The position numbers were made by a program, and so were the translations under genes. DNA of 63,979 nucleotides, filler included, from Thermoplasmatota archaeon (GTDB lineage: Archaea > Thermoplasmatota > E2 > JACPAO01 > JAHFTW01): NCBI GenBank assembly GCA_041623215.1. It is 4 parts of 4 records of this genome, joined end to end, with 100 filler letters (N's around TTAATTAATTAA, not from the genome) between each part and the next. Parts side by side here need not be neighbours in the genome. Positions count along the whole stretch, not along the records: positions 1 to 20,553 come from JBFJXH010000018.1; 3 more parts are not named here. One strand, written 5' to 3'. Positions within the stretch are counted from its first letter, which is position 1. Every line of letters begins with the position of its first letter. Shown here piece after piece: positions 9,569 to 19,546 of this stretch. The notes beneath the pieces are model-generated. The model did not search any database. It saw nothing but the letters and a program-made list of their open reading frames with translations, and was not told the origin of the DNA.

Positions 9569-12500
9569 ATGGCCCGCAATGCCCGTGACTTCAGTGCCAA
9601 GACGGCCGCCATCTGGCTAGGACTCTTCTTTGTCCTAGCGTTGGTCATCCGGATCGCCTTCAACGTCGGTGTCGCCCACGACCCGACCGGCGACCGCTAC
9701 CTCTACTCCGGTAACGACCCTTACTACCACGACCGGACCGTGGACCACATCGTCACAACGGGCGAGTCCTTGTTGCACGACCCGGGCATCAATTACCCCA
9801 ACGGCGGCATGAACCCCAACCCGCCCTTGTATGACTGGACCGTCGCTATGGACGCGGGCCTGATGGCCAAGGCAGGCATCGGCGGCGCCGTTAGTCTGGC
9901 GCTCAACTTGGCGGTCGCCTTCTGGGGCGCGCTCCTCGTCATCCCGGTGTTCATGATTGCCAGTTCCTTGTGGGACCGCAAAGCAGGCATCTGGGCGGCA
10001 TTCTTCGCCGCCGTGTCCGCGCCACTCATTCAACGCAGTGCCTTCGGGTTTGCTGACCACGACGCTACCACCATCTTCTGGATCGTACTGGCCTTCGCCT
10101 TCATGATCAAGGCACTCCAGGCGCTGGACGGCAAACTGCACGTCAAGGACTGGACTAGCGCCGACCGCATGACCGGCATCAAGAACGCCTTCTCGGCCAA
10201 TCACGTTGCCATGCTGTGGGCCGCCCTAGCCGGGACCGCGCTCGCGGCCACCGCCCTCACCTGGAAGGGTTACCCCTACGCCTTGGCCGTCATGGCCGTT
10301 GGTTTCGGCCTGCAACTCCTGCTGGATCACCAGCGCCACAAGGACAGCACGGCGCTGGCCGGCGTTTACCTCATCCCTATGCTGCTGGTCACGCTCGTGC
10401 CGCTGCCGTACTACTGGGTTACGGGTCGCCTAGACAACACCATCATGGCGGGCCTGTACGTGCTCCTCGGAATGCTGGTGGCGGCCGCCATTCTCATCCC
10501 GACGCGTGAGATGCCCAGCATCGTCGTCTTCCCGTCCTTGATTGGTGCTGGCCTTCTCGGCCTCCTCATCATGCTGGTCGTGTTCCCTGACATTGGCCGC
10601 ACCATCTTCACCGGTCTTGGCTACTTCCAGCAGTCCAAGCTGTACACCACGATTGCGGAAGCGCAGCGCACCGAACTTGGGTTTGTAGTGGCCAACATGG
10701 GCTTCTTCACGTTCTTCCTCGCCCTGTGGGGCTGGGGCCGCAGCATCAAGCGCGGCTACAAGGGAGAACCCGCCATGCTGCTCATGGCGTCCTGGGGTGC
10801 CGTAGCCATCTTCATGGCTCTGGCCGCCAGCCGTTTCGTGGCCAATGCCGCACCGGTCTTCGCCATCCTTTCTGCCGGTGTCATGGCACCCATCATCTCC
10901 GTGCTCCGCCTCGAAGAAGTGTCGAGTCGCTTCCGCAAGCTGCACGGCCAAGGCAACGCCGTTTCCAATGGCTTCCGGAGCGTCACGATGCGCTCTGCTT
11001 TTGGCGTGGCCACGGTTGCCTTCCTGCTTGTCCTTCCCAACTTCTGGTTGGGCATTGACGCCGGTGCCAGCGCCCAGTTCGAACGCGAGAACGAACTGAA
11101 CAACAAGCGCTGGGGCGCCTTCGGACTCAACTTCGACATTGCCAGCAACGGTTGGCTCGAGGCGATGGACCATCTGGCCACGCTCGACCAAGACCTAGCC
11201 TTCGAAGACCGGCCAGCGTTCATTGCTTGGTGGGACTACGGTCACTGGGCGACGGACATTGGTAAGCACCCGACAGTCGCTGATCCCTTCCAGAGCCAGT
11301 TCGAATTGTCGGGCCGGTTCCTTGCGAGTGAGTCGGAAGAGGAGTCCACCGCTTGGCTATCCTTGCTACTCATTCGTAACGACCTTCACTCCAACGGTGG
11401 ACAATTGTCTGGCCCGGTGCGCGACGTCTTGACCGCTCACAGCCCTGAGTTGGCGGGCTTGACCAGTTCCAACTACGACACGCAGTACGAGCTATGGGCG
11501 CAGCACGTAGAAGGCGACGCCGTCTTCGACCTGTACGAAGGCATCCAGGACGCCACCGGCCACGCCGTTGGGTACATGGGCGTCGATGTCCGCATGTTCC
11601 CCATCAACCTACAGAACTCAGGCATCTTCTACGCGCCTGCTTTCTTGGCGAACAAGAACCCGGACGACTTCATTTCGTACACGTACTCGGGCGCCGGCCT
11701 CAGCCTGACCATGCGCCAGTACGACGTGGATGAGGCGGGCAACTCCTACCGCTTGGCCCAACCCACCTTCACGGCTGCAACGGGCGAAGAATACGACGTC
11801 TACGGCGGCCAAGCCTACCCCAAGGGGTCCGGTGCGCTGCTGGGCCTTGCTGGCCCCAACGAGGGCGTGAGTGTTCAACCTGCTTTGGACACCAAGCCAG
11901 CCTTCCAGCAGACGATGTACGCACGCGCCTTTGGCCACTACGCTGCCCAGGTGCCCGCCGGCGACGGCCTGCGCCACTGGCGCGTCATTCACCAAAGTGT
12001 GGATGGCGATACCCGTCTTGTGGCCCTGCTGCAATACTTCCAAGGCACCGAGGTCACCGGCACCGTCCGCGATGACCAGGGCCGCGCCATGGCAGGCGTT
12101 GATGTCACCTTCATTGACGGCTTCGGAGCCAGCCATGACGCGGGCACGACCGACGAGTCTGGTGCTTTCACGGCTCTCGCTCCCCCGGGCGACGACATCA
12201 TGCTGGCCGTCCGGCAAGGCGGCAGCGTTGTGCACGAGCAGTCCTTCCCTGTGGCCACCGACGGTGACCGCATTGACGGCGTTTCAGTCACGGTTCCCAC
12301 CGCCGACCTGTCGGGTGTGGCCTTCCGCGACTTGGATGGCGATGGCCAGTACAACGCCAGCAACGACGATGCGCTATCCGGCGTGACGGTGTCACTCGGA
12401 GGCTCCAACACGACAACGGGCATCAACGGTCGCTATTCGTTTGCCAACCAGCAAGCTGGGAGCTACAACATTCGAACCGTGGCCCACGGTTACGCTGCCA

Positions 12501-12832
12501 GTAACACGCCCGTGACGCTGCCCGCTGGCGCTAACATCAACCAGAACCTCGCGCTGTCACCGCTGGAAAGTAGTGCCACGCTCCGCTTCGAGGACGCATT
12601 TGGCCAAGACTTGGCCGCCGTTCCGATGGAGCTCACCGGACCGACCACCACGACGGTGACCACCAATGCGACCGGTTACGCCTCTGTCAGCCTGGCCCCT
12701 GGGGCCTACACGCTTACCATCGACCACGCCTTTACTGACTCGGAAGGCGTCGAAGTTTCCTACGACGAAGAGCGCTCCTTTACGGTGCCCTTCGGCGGCG
12801 CGGACTTCACCTACACGGTGACGCAGGGATAG
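9569..12832 (+). CDS. aglB: Oligosaccharyltransferase STT3/AglB with C-terminal carboxypeptidase-regulatory-like beta domains
   Basis: DPYYH, DHD, TIAEAQ and WWDYGH motifs; many TM helices; C-terminal GTV.D..G..AGV.V repeats. Confidence 0.9.
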   Translation: MARNARDFSAKTAAIWLGLFFVLALVIRIAFNVGVAHDPTGDRYLYSGNDPYYHDRTVDHIVTTGESLLHDPGINYPNGGMNPNPPLYDWTVAMDAGLMAKAGIGGAVSLALNLAVAFWGALLVIPVFMIASSLWDRKAGIWAAFFAAVSAPLIQRSAFGFADHDATTIFWIVLAFAFMIKALQALDGKLHVKDWTSADRMTGIKNAFSANHVAMLWAALAGTALAATALTWKGYPYALAVMAVGFGLQLLLDHQRHKDSTALAGVYLIPMLLVTLVPLPYYWVTGRLDNTIMAGLYVLLGMLVAAAILIPTREMPSIVVFPSLIGAGLLGLLIMLVVFPDIGRTIFTGLGYFQQSKLYTTIAEAQRTELGFVVANMGFFTFFLALWGWGRSIKRGYKGEPAMLLMASWGAVAIFMALAASRFVANAAPVFAILSAGVMAPIISVLRLEEVSSRFRKLHGQGNAVSNGFRSVTMRSAFGVATVAFLLVLPNFWLGIDAGASAQFERENELNNKRWGAFGLNFDIASNGWLEAMDHLATLDQDLAFEDRPAFIAWWDYGHWATDIGKHPTVADPFQSQFELSGRFLASESEEESTAWLSLLLIRNDLHSNGGQLSGPVRDVLTAHSPELAGLTSSNYDTQYELWAQHVEGDAVFDLYEGIQDATGHAVGYMGVDVRMFPINLQNSGIFYAPAFLANKNPDDFISYTYSGAGLSLTMRQYDVDEAGNSYRLAQPTFTAATGEEYDVYGGQAYPKGSGALLGLAGPNEGVSVQPALDTKPAFQQTMYARAFGHYAAQVPAGDGLRHWRVIHQSVDGDTRLVALLQYFQGTEVTGTVRDDQGRAMAGVDVTFIDGFGASHDAGTTDESGAFTALAPPGDDIMLAVRQGGSVVHEQSFPVATDGDRIDGVSVTVPTADLSGVAFRDLDGDGQYNASNDDALSGVTVSLGGSNTTTGINGRYSFANQQAGSYNIRTVAHGYAASNTPVTLPAGANINQNLALSPLESSATLRFEDAFGQDLAAVPMELTGPTTTTVTTNATGYASVSLAPGAYTLTIDHAFTDSEGVEVSYDEERSFTVPFGGADFTYTVTQG

Positions 12833-12858
12833 GCCGGCCAACAACTACGAAGCGGCCC

Positions 12859-13000
12859 TTCGCCATGCGCGGAGGCGTCACGGCAGTCGTGTCGCACTGA
12901 GCCCCTAGCTAGTGCGGGGGTTAGGTCGTGCCGAGGCAAGGCGCTGCCAGGCACGTTGGGTGCCGGATCTTCAGGGGGAGACCCCCTCGCCGCTGGCGAA
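12859..13000. ncRNA. Candidate structured RNA element between convergent genes
   Basis: Closing stem TTCGCCA/TGGCGAA enclosing several short hairpins; family not recognised. Confidence 0.35.
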
Positions 13001-13005
13001 CCGTT

Positions 13006-14160
13006 CTACGCCGCCAACGTCAGGGTCGCCAAGTGCTCTTCAAGGATATCCATACCGCGGTCGATGTCATCCAAACTGCAGGCATAGCTGAAGCGTAAGT
13101 GTCCTTCCCCGTGGCGGCCAAAGGCGCGACCCGGTGAGCAGATGAGGCCCTTCGCTGCAAGGTCTAGCGCCAATTGTTCGCTTGGCACGTTGAAGTCGTA
13201 GGAGGGCATTGCGTAGAATGCACCGGTGGGTGCCACCATGGACAAGCCGGGGATTGCTTGGATGCGCTTCGTGATGCGGTCACGCCGCTGTTGGAACGCC
13301 GCCACCATTTCCGTTACTTGATCCTGTGGACCTCGTAGCGCCGCCACGCCAGCGTGTTGAATGGGCGTTGGCGGGCAGGCGACCGTGTAGTAATGCATGG
13401 TTTCGAGGGCGCGCACGTATTCCTTGCTGCTTGCGATGCAGCCGAGGCGCCAACCCGTCATGGCGAACGTCTTGCTAAACGAATTGACCCAAATGACATT
13501 GTCCATGTGGCTGAGGAACGAATGATGTTCAACGTCGTAGGTCATCTGGTCATACACTTCGTCCGCGACGACCATGATGTCGTGGTCCTGCGCCACTTCA
13601 CAAACTGCCCGCACATCCTCCTTGGGCATGCAGGCCCCCGTGGGATTGCCGGGCGTGTTCATGACAATCAGCTTGGTTCGGGGCGTAATCTTCCGCTGAA
13701 TCTCTTCCACGTCTGGCAAGAAGCCGTTCTCAGGGCGAAGGACATACTGAACGGGCACGCCGCCGCAGATGCGGGCCTGTGATTCGTACAGGACAAAACC
13801 GGGGTCCGGGACGAGCACTTCGTCGCCCGAATCCACAAACGTTTGATTGATGGCCATGAGGCCTTGGGTGGCCCCTGCCGTGATGATGATGTTGTCGGCC
13901 TCAATAGTTTCGTGCCGGAAATCTTGGATTCGGTCAGCAACGGCTTGCCGAAGCTCGGGCAACCCAAGACTCGGGCCGTACCCGTTTTGGCCGGATGACG
14001 CCGCCTGATGCAGTGCCTCCACAATGTGAGGCGCGGGTTCAAAGTCGGGCTCACCAAGGCCCATGTTGACGGAGTCGGTCCCCGCCAGTTCGAACATTTT
14101 TCGAATGCCGCTCATCTCAATCCCCCGGAGACGGCGCGCCATGAGGTCCTTGGTGCTCAC
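13006..14160 (-). CDS. PLP-dependent aminotransferase class I/II (aspartate aminotransferase-like)
   Basis: GEPDF, NTPGNPTG, DEVY, SFSKTFAMTGWRLG. Confidence 0.92.
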   Translation of the reverse strand: MSTKDLMARRLRGIEMSGIRKMFELAGTDSVNMGLGEPDFEPAPHIVEALHQAASSGQNGYGPSLGLPELRQAVADRIQDFRHETIEADNIIITAGATQGLMAINQTFVDSGDEVLVPDPGFVLYESQARICGGVPVQYVLRPENGFLPDVEEIQRKITPRTKLIVMNTPGNPTGACMPKEDVRAVCEVAQDHDIMVVADEVYDQMTYDVEHHSFLSHMDNVIWVNSFSKTFAMTGWRLGCIASSKEYVRALETMHYYTVACPPTPIQHAGVAALRGPQDQVTEMVAAFQQRRDRITKRIQAIPGLSMVAPTGAFYAMPSYDFNVPSEQLALDLAAKGLICSPGRAFGRHGEGHLRFSYACSLDDIDRGMDILEEHLATLTLAA

Positions 14161-14320
14161 AAGTTGCGCCCATCGGTCATGGTTGATAAGCGCATCCGAG
14201 AGGGAACTGGTTCGAGTCCTGGCGCCCGCGGCGCAACGTCATGCTCGGCACCCAGCGCGGCACCCCGATTAACTGGACGGCGCTTACGCTGAGGCGACAG
14301 CCTCGTTGCCGAACGAACGC

Positions 14321-14626
14321 CTATGCTGCGACGACTTCAGCTTCCCGGTCGCCTTCCGTTTCGGCCTCGGGTGCGGCAGGCGCCGCAATCCGGTCCGGGA
14401 AGGTGCTTAGGACCACAATGTCGCCGACAGCGGCGACCCAGCGGTACGGGACCGCAATGTTGTGGCCGCCTTCGACAATCTTGGTGTTGGTGCGGGTCAA
14501 AAGAAGCGCACCGACACGGCGGTTGGGGAGGTCGATTTGGACGTTCTGCACGACGCCCACGTAATAGCCCCGGTTTGTGTACACGGGGAGGTTGATGAAG
14601 TCGGTGACCTCGGTTTCCATATGCAT
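14321..14626 (-). CDS. PRC-barrel domain protein
   Basis: LPVYTNRGYYVGVVQNVQID and VPYRWVAAVGDIVVL. Confidence 0.88.
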   Translation of the reverse strand: MHMETEVTDFINLPVYTNRGYYVGVVQNVQIDLPNRRVGALLLTRTNTKIVEGGHNIAVPYRWVAAVGDIVVLSTFPDRIAAPAAPEAETEGDREAEVVAA

Positions 14627-14745
14627 CCCTACGGATGGACCAAGAGGCGTTCACTTTTACCCTTTGCTACCGGCAGGATTCGACTGCCTAGCGCCGGGGG
14701 GGCCGCGGCGGCAACGCAGCGGCAGGGGATTCGTCCCCGCACCGC

Positions 14746-15744
14746 CTACCAGAATCGAATTGAGCCCGTGGCCACCACGAGCCCCACGAGGAAGCCGGCA
14801 ATGGCACCGCCATTGAGAAGCGGCAGGCCAGCCTGTGGGTTGCCACGCAACACGAACGTCATCAGGACTCCAAAGCCAACCAGCGTGCCTACGGCTGCGC
14901 CAACGGCGGGCCCCATGCCCCAAGCGGTCCCCGCCTCGACAGCGGCAGCGGCGTTGCCGAAGTGCATGGCGGAAACCACCAAGATGGTCGGCATGACCAA
15001 GTCGCCGAGGCCCATAAACAACGCTTCGCGCTCCGGCTTTGATTCGGGCCCGGCTTCCTTGAATTTGGCAACCTCGTCGCGAAACCGGTAACCCAAATGC
15101 TTGGGAATTACCAGGAGAACTGGCAGACGCAGCTCCAGCACCGAGTCTGCTAGGGCAAGCATGTGGCGAGTCTTGTAGACGGCAATGGCATCGTAGATGG
15201 CCAAGAGAACGAGCATGACCAGCACGGGAAGGATGCCGAGGCTGATACCGAAAATGGCGGCGGCACCTGCGGCCACCACGACCCCAACGGAATCAATCAC
15301 GTACCATTCGGGGTGCTTCCACAGCGCCAAAGTGGCCAGAGCAGCCAGACCCCATCCGGTGCCCCAAGCGACGCTCCCCTTTACGCCCAGCATCATTAGC
15401 ACGGGGGCGGTGACGTAGGCAACGGTGCTGCCAATGGCGCCCAGGATGATGACGCTGATCATCCACTTCTTGCCCCACTTGGCAATCGCCAAGATGATGG
15501 CTGTGAAGGCCAGCAGGAGCAAGATGTAGCCAATGCTGTTGCCGACGTTTTCGGGGTCTTCGAAGGCCTGCAACCCAGCATCCACGAAGGGCTGGGCAAA
15601 CAGGGTTGCCAGGCCCATGCAGACCACGAACGCCAGAGCCAGCGCGCCAGTACCCCATAGGTCGGCCGACGTGACCTCGGGCGGCGGACCCGCATTCGTC
15701 TCGGCAGCGGCGTCAGCGTTGACGGCCGGTGTTGATTGACTCAC
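14746..15744 (-). CDS. Presenilin-family (A22) intramembrane aspartyl protease
   Basis: YD (AIYDAIAV), GLGD and QAGLP motifs in a multi-TM protein; GTG start inferred. Confidence 0.92.
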   Translation of the reverse strand: MSQSTPAVNADAAAETNAGPPPEVTSADLWGTGALALAFVVCMGLATLFAQPFVDAGLQAFEDPENVGNSIGYILLLLAFTAIILAIAKWGKKWMISVIILGAIGSTVAYVTAPVLMMLGVKGSVAWGTGWGLAALATLALWKHPEWYVIDSVGVVVAAGAAAIFGISLGILPVLVMLVLLAIYDAIAVYKTRHMLALADSVLELRLPVLLVIPKHLGYRFRDEVAKFKEAGPESKPEREALFMGLGDLVMPTILVVSAMHFGNAAAAVEAGTAWGMGPAVGAAVGTLVGFGVLMTFVLRGNPQAGLPLLNGGAIAGFLVGLVVATGSIRFW

Positions 15745-15846
15745 GGGCGGGCCACAAACGGCGGCCTGAAAGGATAACCGATGCAGCCGGCCGTAGCGTG
15801 ACAAAGCGTTAAGCCGACGCCCGCATGGTAGTCATTGGTCGGTACT

Positions 15847-17412
15847 ATGGTAAGCCACAGTCGTTTGAAAGCCAGCATCCCTACAGTCCTCCTGCTTCTT
15901 GCCGCGCTGGCGCTTGCTGCCACGCCGGCTCAGGCCCAAGCGGGTGGGAGTGCCCAAGTCGCCAGTCCCGTGGACGGGGCGCTCATTGACCTCAACTGGT
16001 GCGCGCCGGGTGGCGGCGTCGGCCCCGACACCTACCCCGTCATCATCCACAGCCACGGCTGGGGCGGCAGCAAGTCAAGCTGCAAGGGAAGCTGGCTAGA
16101 CGAGGGGTACGCCTTCGTAAGTGTCAGCGCACGAGGTTTTGGCCGCAGTGATGGCCAAGCCAACGTCCACGACCCCGACTTCGAAGGCCGCGACTTCTTG
16201 GCGGTCCTGGATTGGATTTGGGAACAGCCTTGGTCCGCGAAGGAGACCGGCGACAGCGCCTGCGGTGGCAAGGACATCGTCATTGGCGGCAGCGGCGGCA
16301 GCTACGGCGGCGCTTTCCAGTTCCTCATGGCCTTCACCGAGAAGGGACTGACGGCAACCGAGGCAAACCCACAAGGGTGCACGCGGATGGACGCGCTTAG
16401 CCCCGACATGACTTGGTACAGCCTCCCCGACAGCCTAGCGCCCAATCATGTCGTTCGAAGCACTTGGGTCGCAGCGCTGTACGGCACTGGCGCCGGCACG
16501 CTGCCACAATACATCCACGAAGCAGCCATCTACACCTTTGCAACGGGCCAGCCGCCCGATGGAACCCTGTACGGCGTGCCCCACCCTGAAATTCCCAACA
16601 TCTTGGACGAATTCAACCAGCACGGACCGTCCTACTGGGTCGAGGACCGCAACATGCTTCTCGACATCCCCGTCTTCGTCCACCAGGGCCTGACGGACAA
16701 CCTGTTCAACCTCAACCAAGGCTTCCACAATTTCCACAAGTCCCTTACACCCGCCATGCACCAACAGTCGACGCTCGTCGGCTACAATGGCGGCCACGCC
16801 CTGCCAAATGTCCATCCGGTGGGAGCGGGCTTCCCCGGCGGCGACCCATGCAGCCCTGGTGGCTACGGCGCCGCTGAACGCGCATTCTACAATCTGCACC
16901 TCAAAGGCACGGGCGACGGTATCCCAACCGGAATCCACATGGCGACCGTTGACGGCGACTGCGTCGGTGGGGCACCGCTTGGCACAGGCAACTGGACCAG
17001 TCTGGACTTGCCCGTCAGTGTCGCTGCCGCGACCTCAACGGCGGGGGCCATTCAGCACATCCCACTTGCCTCGGGGCCCATGACGATTGCGGGCATCCCG
17101 GAATTGACGGCGAAGATGACCAGCGCTGGCGTTGATGCTCGCGCCTTCCTCGGCCTATCGCGCGGCTTCACCCCCGCCGATGCAATGGTGCTTGACAACA
17201 ACGTCATGCCCATTCGCGGACTAGCGATTGACATCCCCGTCCAAAGCGAATTGAGCACCGAGCTCGCTGGCGTCGCCGCCCACATTCCGGCCGGCCAAAC
17301 CCTGTTCCTGACGATTAGCGCCACCAGCGACATGTTCCCGGCTCACGGCAGCCGCGAAGGTGGCGCCATCCTGCTGGAGGACATCGAAGTCCTGCTGCCA
17401 ATCGCTAGCTAA
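15847..17412 (+). CDS. Secreted CocE/NonD-like alpha/beta hydrolase
   Basis: Signal peptide, HGWGG, ARGFGRSDG, GGSYGG nucleophile, QGLTDNLF, GGH. Confidence 0.85.
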   Translation: MVSHSRLKASIPTVLLLLAALALAATPAQAQAGGSAQVASPVDGALIDLNWCAPGGGVGPDTYPVIIHSHGWGGSKSSCKGSWLDEGYAFVSVSARGFGRSDGQANVHDPDFEGRDFLAVLDWIWEQPWSAKETGDSACGGKDIVIGGSGGSYGGAFQFLMAFTEKGLTATEANPQGCTRMDALSPDMTWYSLPDSLAPNHVVRSTWVAALYGTGAGTLPQYIHEAAIYTFATGQPPDGTLYGVPHPEIPNILDEFNQHGPSYWVEDRNMLLDIPVFVHQGLTDNLFNLNQGFHNFHKSLTPAMHQQSTLVGYNGGHALPNVHPVGAGFPGGDPCSPGGYGAAERAFYNLHLKGTGDGIPTGIHMATVDGDCVGGAPLGTGNWTSLDLPVSVAAATSTAGAIQHIPLASGPMTIAGIPELTAKMTSAGVDARAFLGLSRGFTPADAMVLDNNVMPIRGLAIDIPVQSELSTELAGVAAHIPAGQTLFLTISATSDMFPAHGSREGGAILLEDIEVLLPIAS

Positions 17413-17523
17413 CCATCGTCGAGCGATTCTCTTCCCCTTTGCCCCCCACTTACCTTGATGCGGGCACGCCATGCCGGGCTTTGCCAACCGGCAAAATGGA
17501 GCACGGCCGACGTGCACCACGGC

Positions 17524-18066
17524 TTACCAAATGTCGGCTGCGCCCTTGGCCGCCCGCCGTCGATTTTCCAGGAATCGATAGACCGACGCGTGTTCAGACC
17601 CATTGAGAATCATGTCCACCGCTTGCTTGGCCGCACCGAGTTCCTCGAGCGGCCCAATGATGCCGACTGTGTGGCCATAAACCGACAAGTCGCAGCCCGT
17701 TTGTTCCTCAATGATGCGACGCGTTTTGCCGTCCGTGCCAATGATGCGACTCTTGATGCGCCGCAGGTGGTTCTTGTGCTTGCCCACGTAATCGTGCAAG
17801 TCAAGCAGTTCGAAGTACATCTCATCGCTGAAGAGGCGCATGGCATGTTCGGGGCTGAACCCACGCCCAATCGCCTTGACGATATCGCGCATTTTGAGCG
17901 CCATCAAAGGATCGGCATTGGGATCCTCAATGTGCAACGTCACCTCGTTCACCTCCGTGTCCACTTCAATCCGGATGCCGCTGCGCTTCTCCAGGAGTTT
18001 GCGTGTTTCGCCCTTGGGGCCGATGACGACGCCAAGGCGTTCGTTGGGAATCTTGACGTAATCCAT
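17524..18066 (-). CDS. KH-domain RNA-processing protein (Dim2/Pno1-like)
   Basis: IGPKGETR, AIGRGFSPE, RIIGTDGKTR; conserved position beside rio1 and aIF-1A. Confidence 0.92.
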   Translation of the reverse strand: MDYVKIPNERLGVVIGPKGETRKLLEKRSGIRIEVDTEVNEVTLHIEDPNADPLMALKMRDIVKAIGRGFSPEHAMRLFSDEMYFELLDLHDYVGKHKNHLRRIKSRIIGTDGKTRRIIEEQTGCDLSVYGHTVGIIGPLEELGAAKQAVDMILNGSEHASVYRFLENRRRAAKGAADIW

Positions 18067-18067
18067 G

Positions 18068-19009
18068 TTAGACGTCCGGGTGTTCGAGTCGGTCGCGGAT
18101 GTGCGCTGCGTCGGCGGGGACGCTATGGCGCTTGAATGTGGACACCAGATTGCGGATGTCGCGGTCCAAGAATTCCCAAGCCATTGGGTGATTCTTCAGA
18201 ACCGCTTGCCCCACATCGATGATGCGTGGCACCCAGGTGCTTGGGTCTTCGGCGTCGGGAATATCCACGAGGATGTTGTAGGCGGAAAGGTCGGCGTGCA
18301 CGAGGCCAGCCGTGTTGTACGCGGCCACGTAGTCGTCGCAGAGTGAGTCGTAGAAGCGCTGGGCCGTCTCTTTGTCCAGCCGGCCAAGCTCTTGCAGTTT
18401 GGGCCATGCGTTGCCCTCATTGTCGCCCAGAAATTCGGTCACCAACACGTTCTGAAGCACGCGAACCGGCTCAGGAACCTTCAATCCAGCGTCGCGGAGG
18501 CGGTGCAGGTTGCGAAACTCCTTCTGGGCCCATTGGGTTACCAGGGCGCGCTTGTCGCGTGCTACGCCCTTGAAGCGCTCGTCGCCTTGGATGTATTGCA
18601 GCACATGCTTGAACGTGGCTGTGTTGACGCGGTAAATCTTGACCGCCAGCCTCCCACCCGTTGGCGTCGTAGCGACGAACACATTGGCTTCCTTGCCGGT
18701 GCTGATGGGGGAATCGATGCTCTTCACCGTGCCCTGGCTCAGCATCTTGTGAAGCACCATGAGGGTTGGGTGGTCAAACACCTCTCCCTCGGTTCGCCGA
18801 TCCTGGCCCTCCATGCGTGGCAAGGCATCCAACAACCGGTCTGCTTGGTCGAACGCCCATTGGTCATTGCTGGCCAGAAAGTCAACGTCGTCCGGGTCTT
18901 CTGCGGCCAGCACGGCGTCGTCGTCGCGGTCTTGCGCCCACGAGGTGTCATCGGCCGATTCGGGCCCTGGGGCAGGTCGCTCCGGGTCATCCTGGAGCGC
19001 AGCCGTCAT
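18068..19009 (-). CDS. rio1: RIO1 serine protein kinase
   Basis: STGKEANVF, AVKIY, LVHADLSAYNIL, IIDVGQAV; acidic N-terminal extension. Confidence 0.92.
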   Translation of the reverse strand: MTAALQDDPERPAPGPESADDTSWAQDRDDDAVLAAEDPDDVDFLASNDQWAFDQADRLLDALPRMEGQDRRTEGEVFDHPTLMVLHKMLSQGTVKSIDSPISTGKEANVFVATTPTGGRLAVKIYRVNTATFKHVLQYIQGDERFKGVARDKRALVTQWAQKEFRNLHRLRDAGLKVPEPVRVLQNVLVTEFLGDNEGNAWPKLQELGRLDKETAQRFYDSLCDDYVAAYNTAGLVHADLSAYNILVDIPDAEDPSTWVPRIIDVGQAVLKNHPMAWEFLDRDIRNLVSTFKRHSVPADAAHIRDRLEHPDV

Positions 19010-19013
19010 GGTA

Positions 19014-19445
19014 TCAGAAATCGCCGTCAAGGACTTCAGGAATCATGCCGCGGCGGCTCATGTTGGCGGCCTGCGTGCGGTGGTAACGGTAGATGACATC
19101 GGCCTTTTCATCCTGGAAATCCCAAGGCTTGATGATGAGAAGGTCGCCGGGCTTAATCCACATGCGGCGCTTCATCTTGCCCCGGATGCGACCCATGCGG
19201 CTCTTGCCGTCCTCGCACATGACGGTCAGCTTGCTGGCACCCATCAGGGAGTCGGCGATGGCGAACATCTCGTACTTGCGATGATCGGGCATCTTGTACC
19301 GCGTCGTGTCTTCTTCTTCCACGGCATCATCGGGGTCAGCGGCATCCACTGATTCGTCGATGGATTCCTCGTCTTCGAGCTCGCCGTCTTGCGTCTCCTC
19401 GTCGGCTTCCTCGCGGAGGTCTTCTTCGGGCACGGTCTTTTCCAC
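19014..19445 (-). CDS. eif1a: Translation initiation factor aIF-1A with acidic N-terminal extension
   Basis: CEDGKSRMGRIRGKMKRRMWIKPGD..PWDFQDEKADVIYRY. Confidence 0.95.
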   Translation of the reverse strand: MEKTVPEEDLREEADEETQDGELEDEESIDESVDAADPDDAVEEEDTTRYKMPDHRKYEMFAIADSLMGASKLTVMCEDGKSRMGRIRGKMKRRMWIKPGDLLIIKPWDFQDEKADVIYRYHRTQAANMSRRGMIPEVLDGDF

Positions 19446-19546
19446 GACCCCTTTTGTCTTAAGGCTTGGCAGCGCCGGGCCCGCTGGCCCGTAGGGCGCC
19501 CCGTCTGCCCCCCAACGGTCAAACGCCAGCCGGCCATGGCCGCCCG

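Noticed and set aside
8677..9663. Long antisense ORFs (also 25809-26780, 34409-35410, 42524-43417, 52439-53392)
   Set aside because: Shadow frames opposite well-supported genes in high-GC DNA, with no recognisable motifs
12905..12935. CTAG..GGGGGTTAGG resembling the 5' end of archaeal SRP RNA; 5S rRNA also considered
   Set aside because: The gap is only about 170 nt, there is no helix-8 GGAA/AGCAG motif, and no 5S conserved CCGAAC or AGTA motifs
14209..14219. GGTTCGAGTCC T-loop-like motif suggesting a tRNA
   Set aside because: The T-stem pairs poorly (ACTGG/CCTGG) and no acceptor, D or anticodon arms can be built
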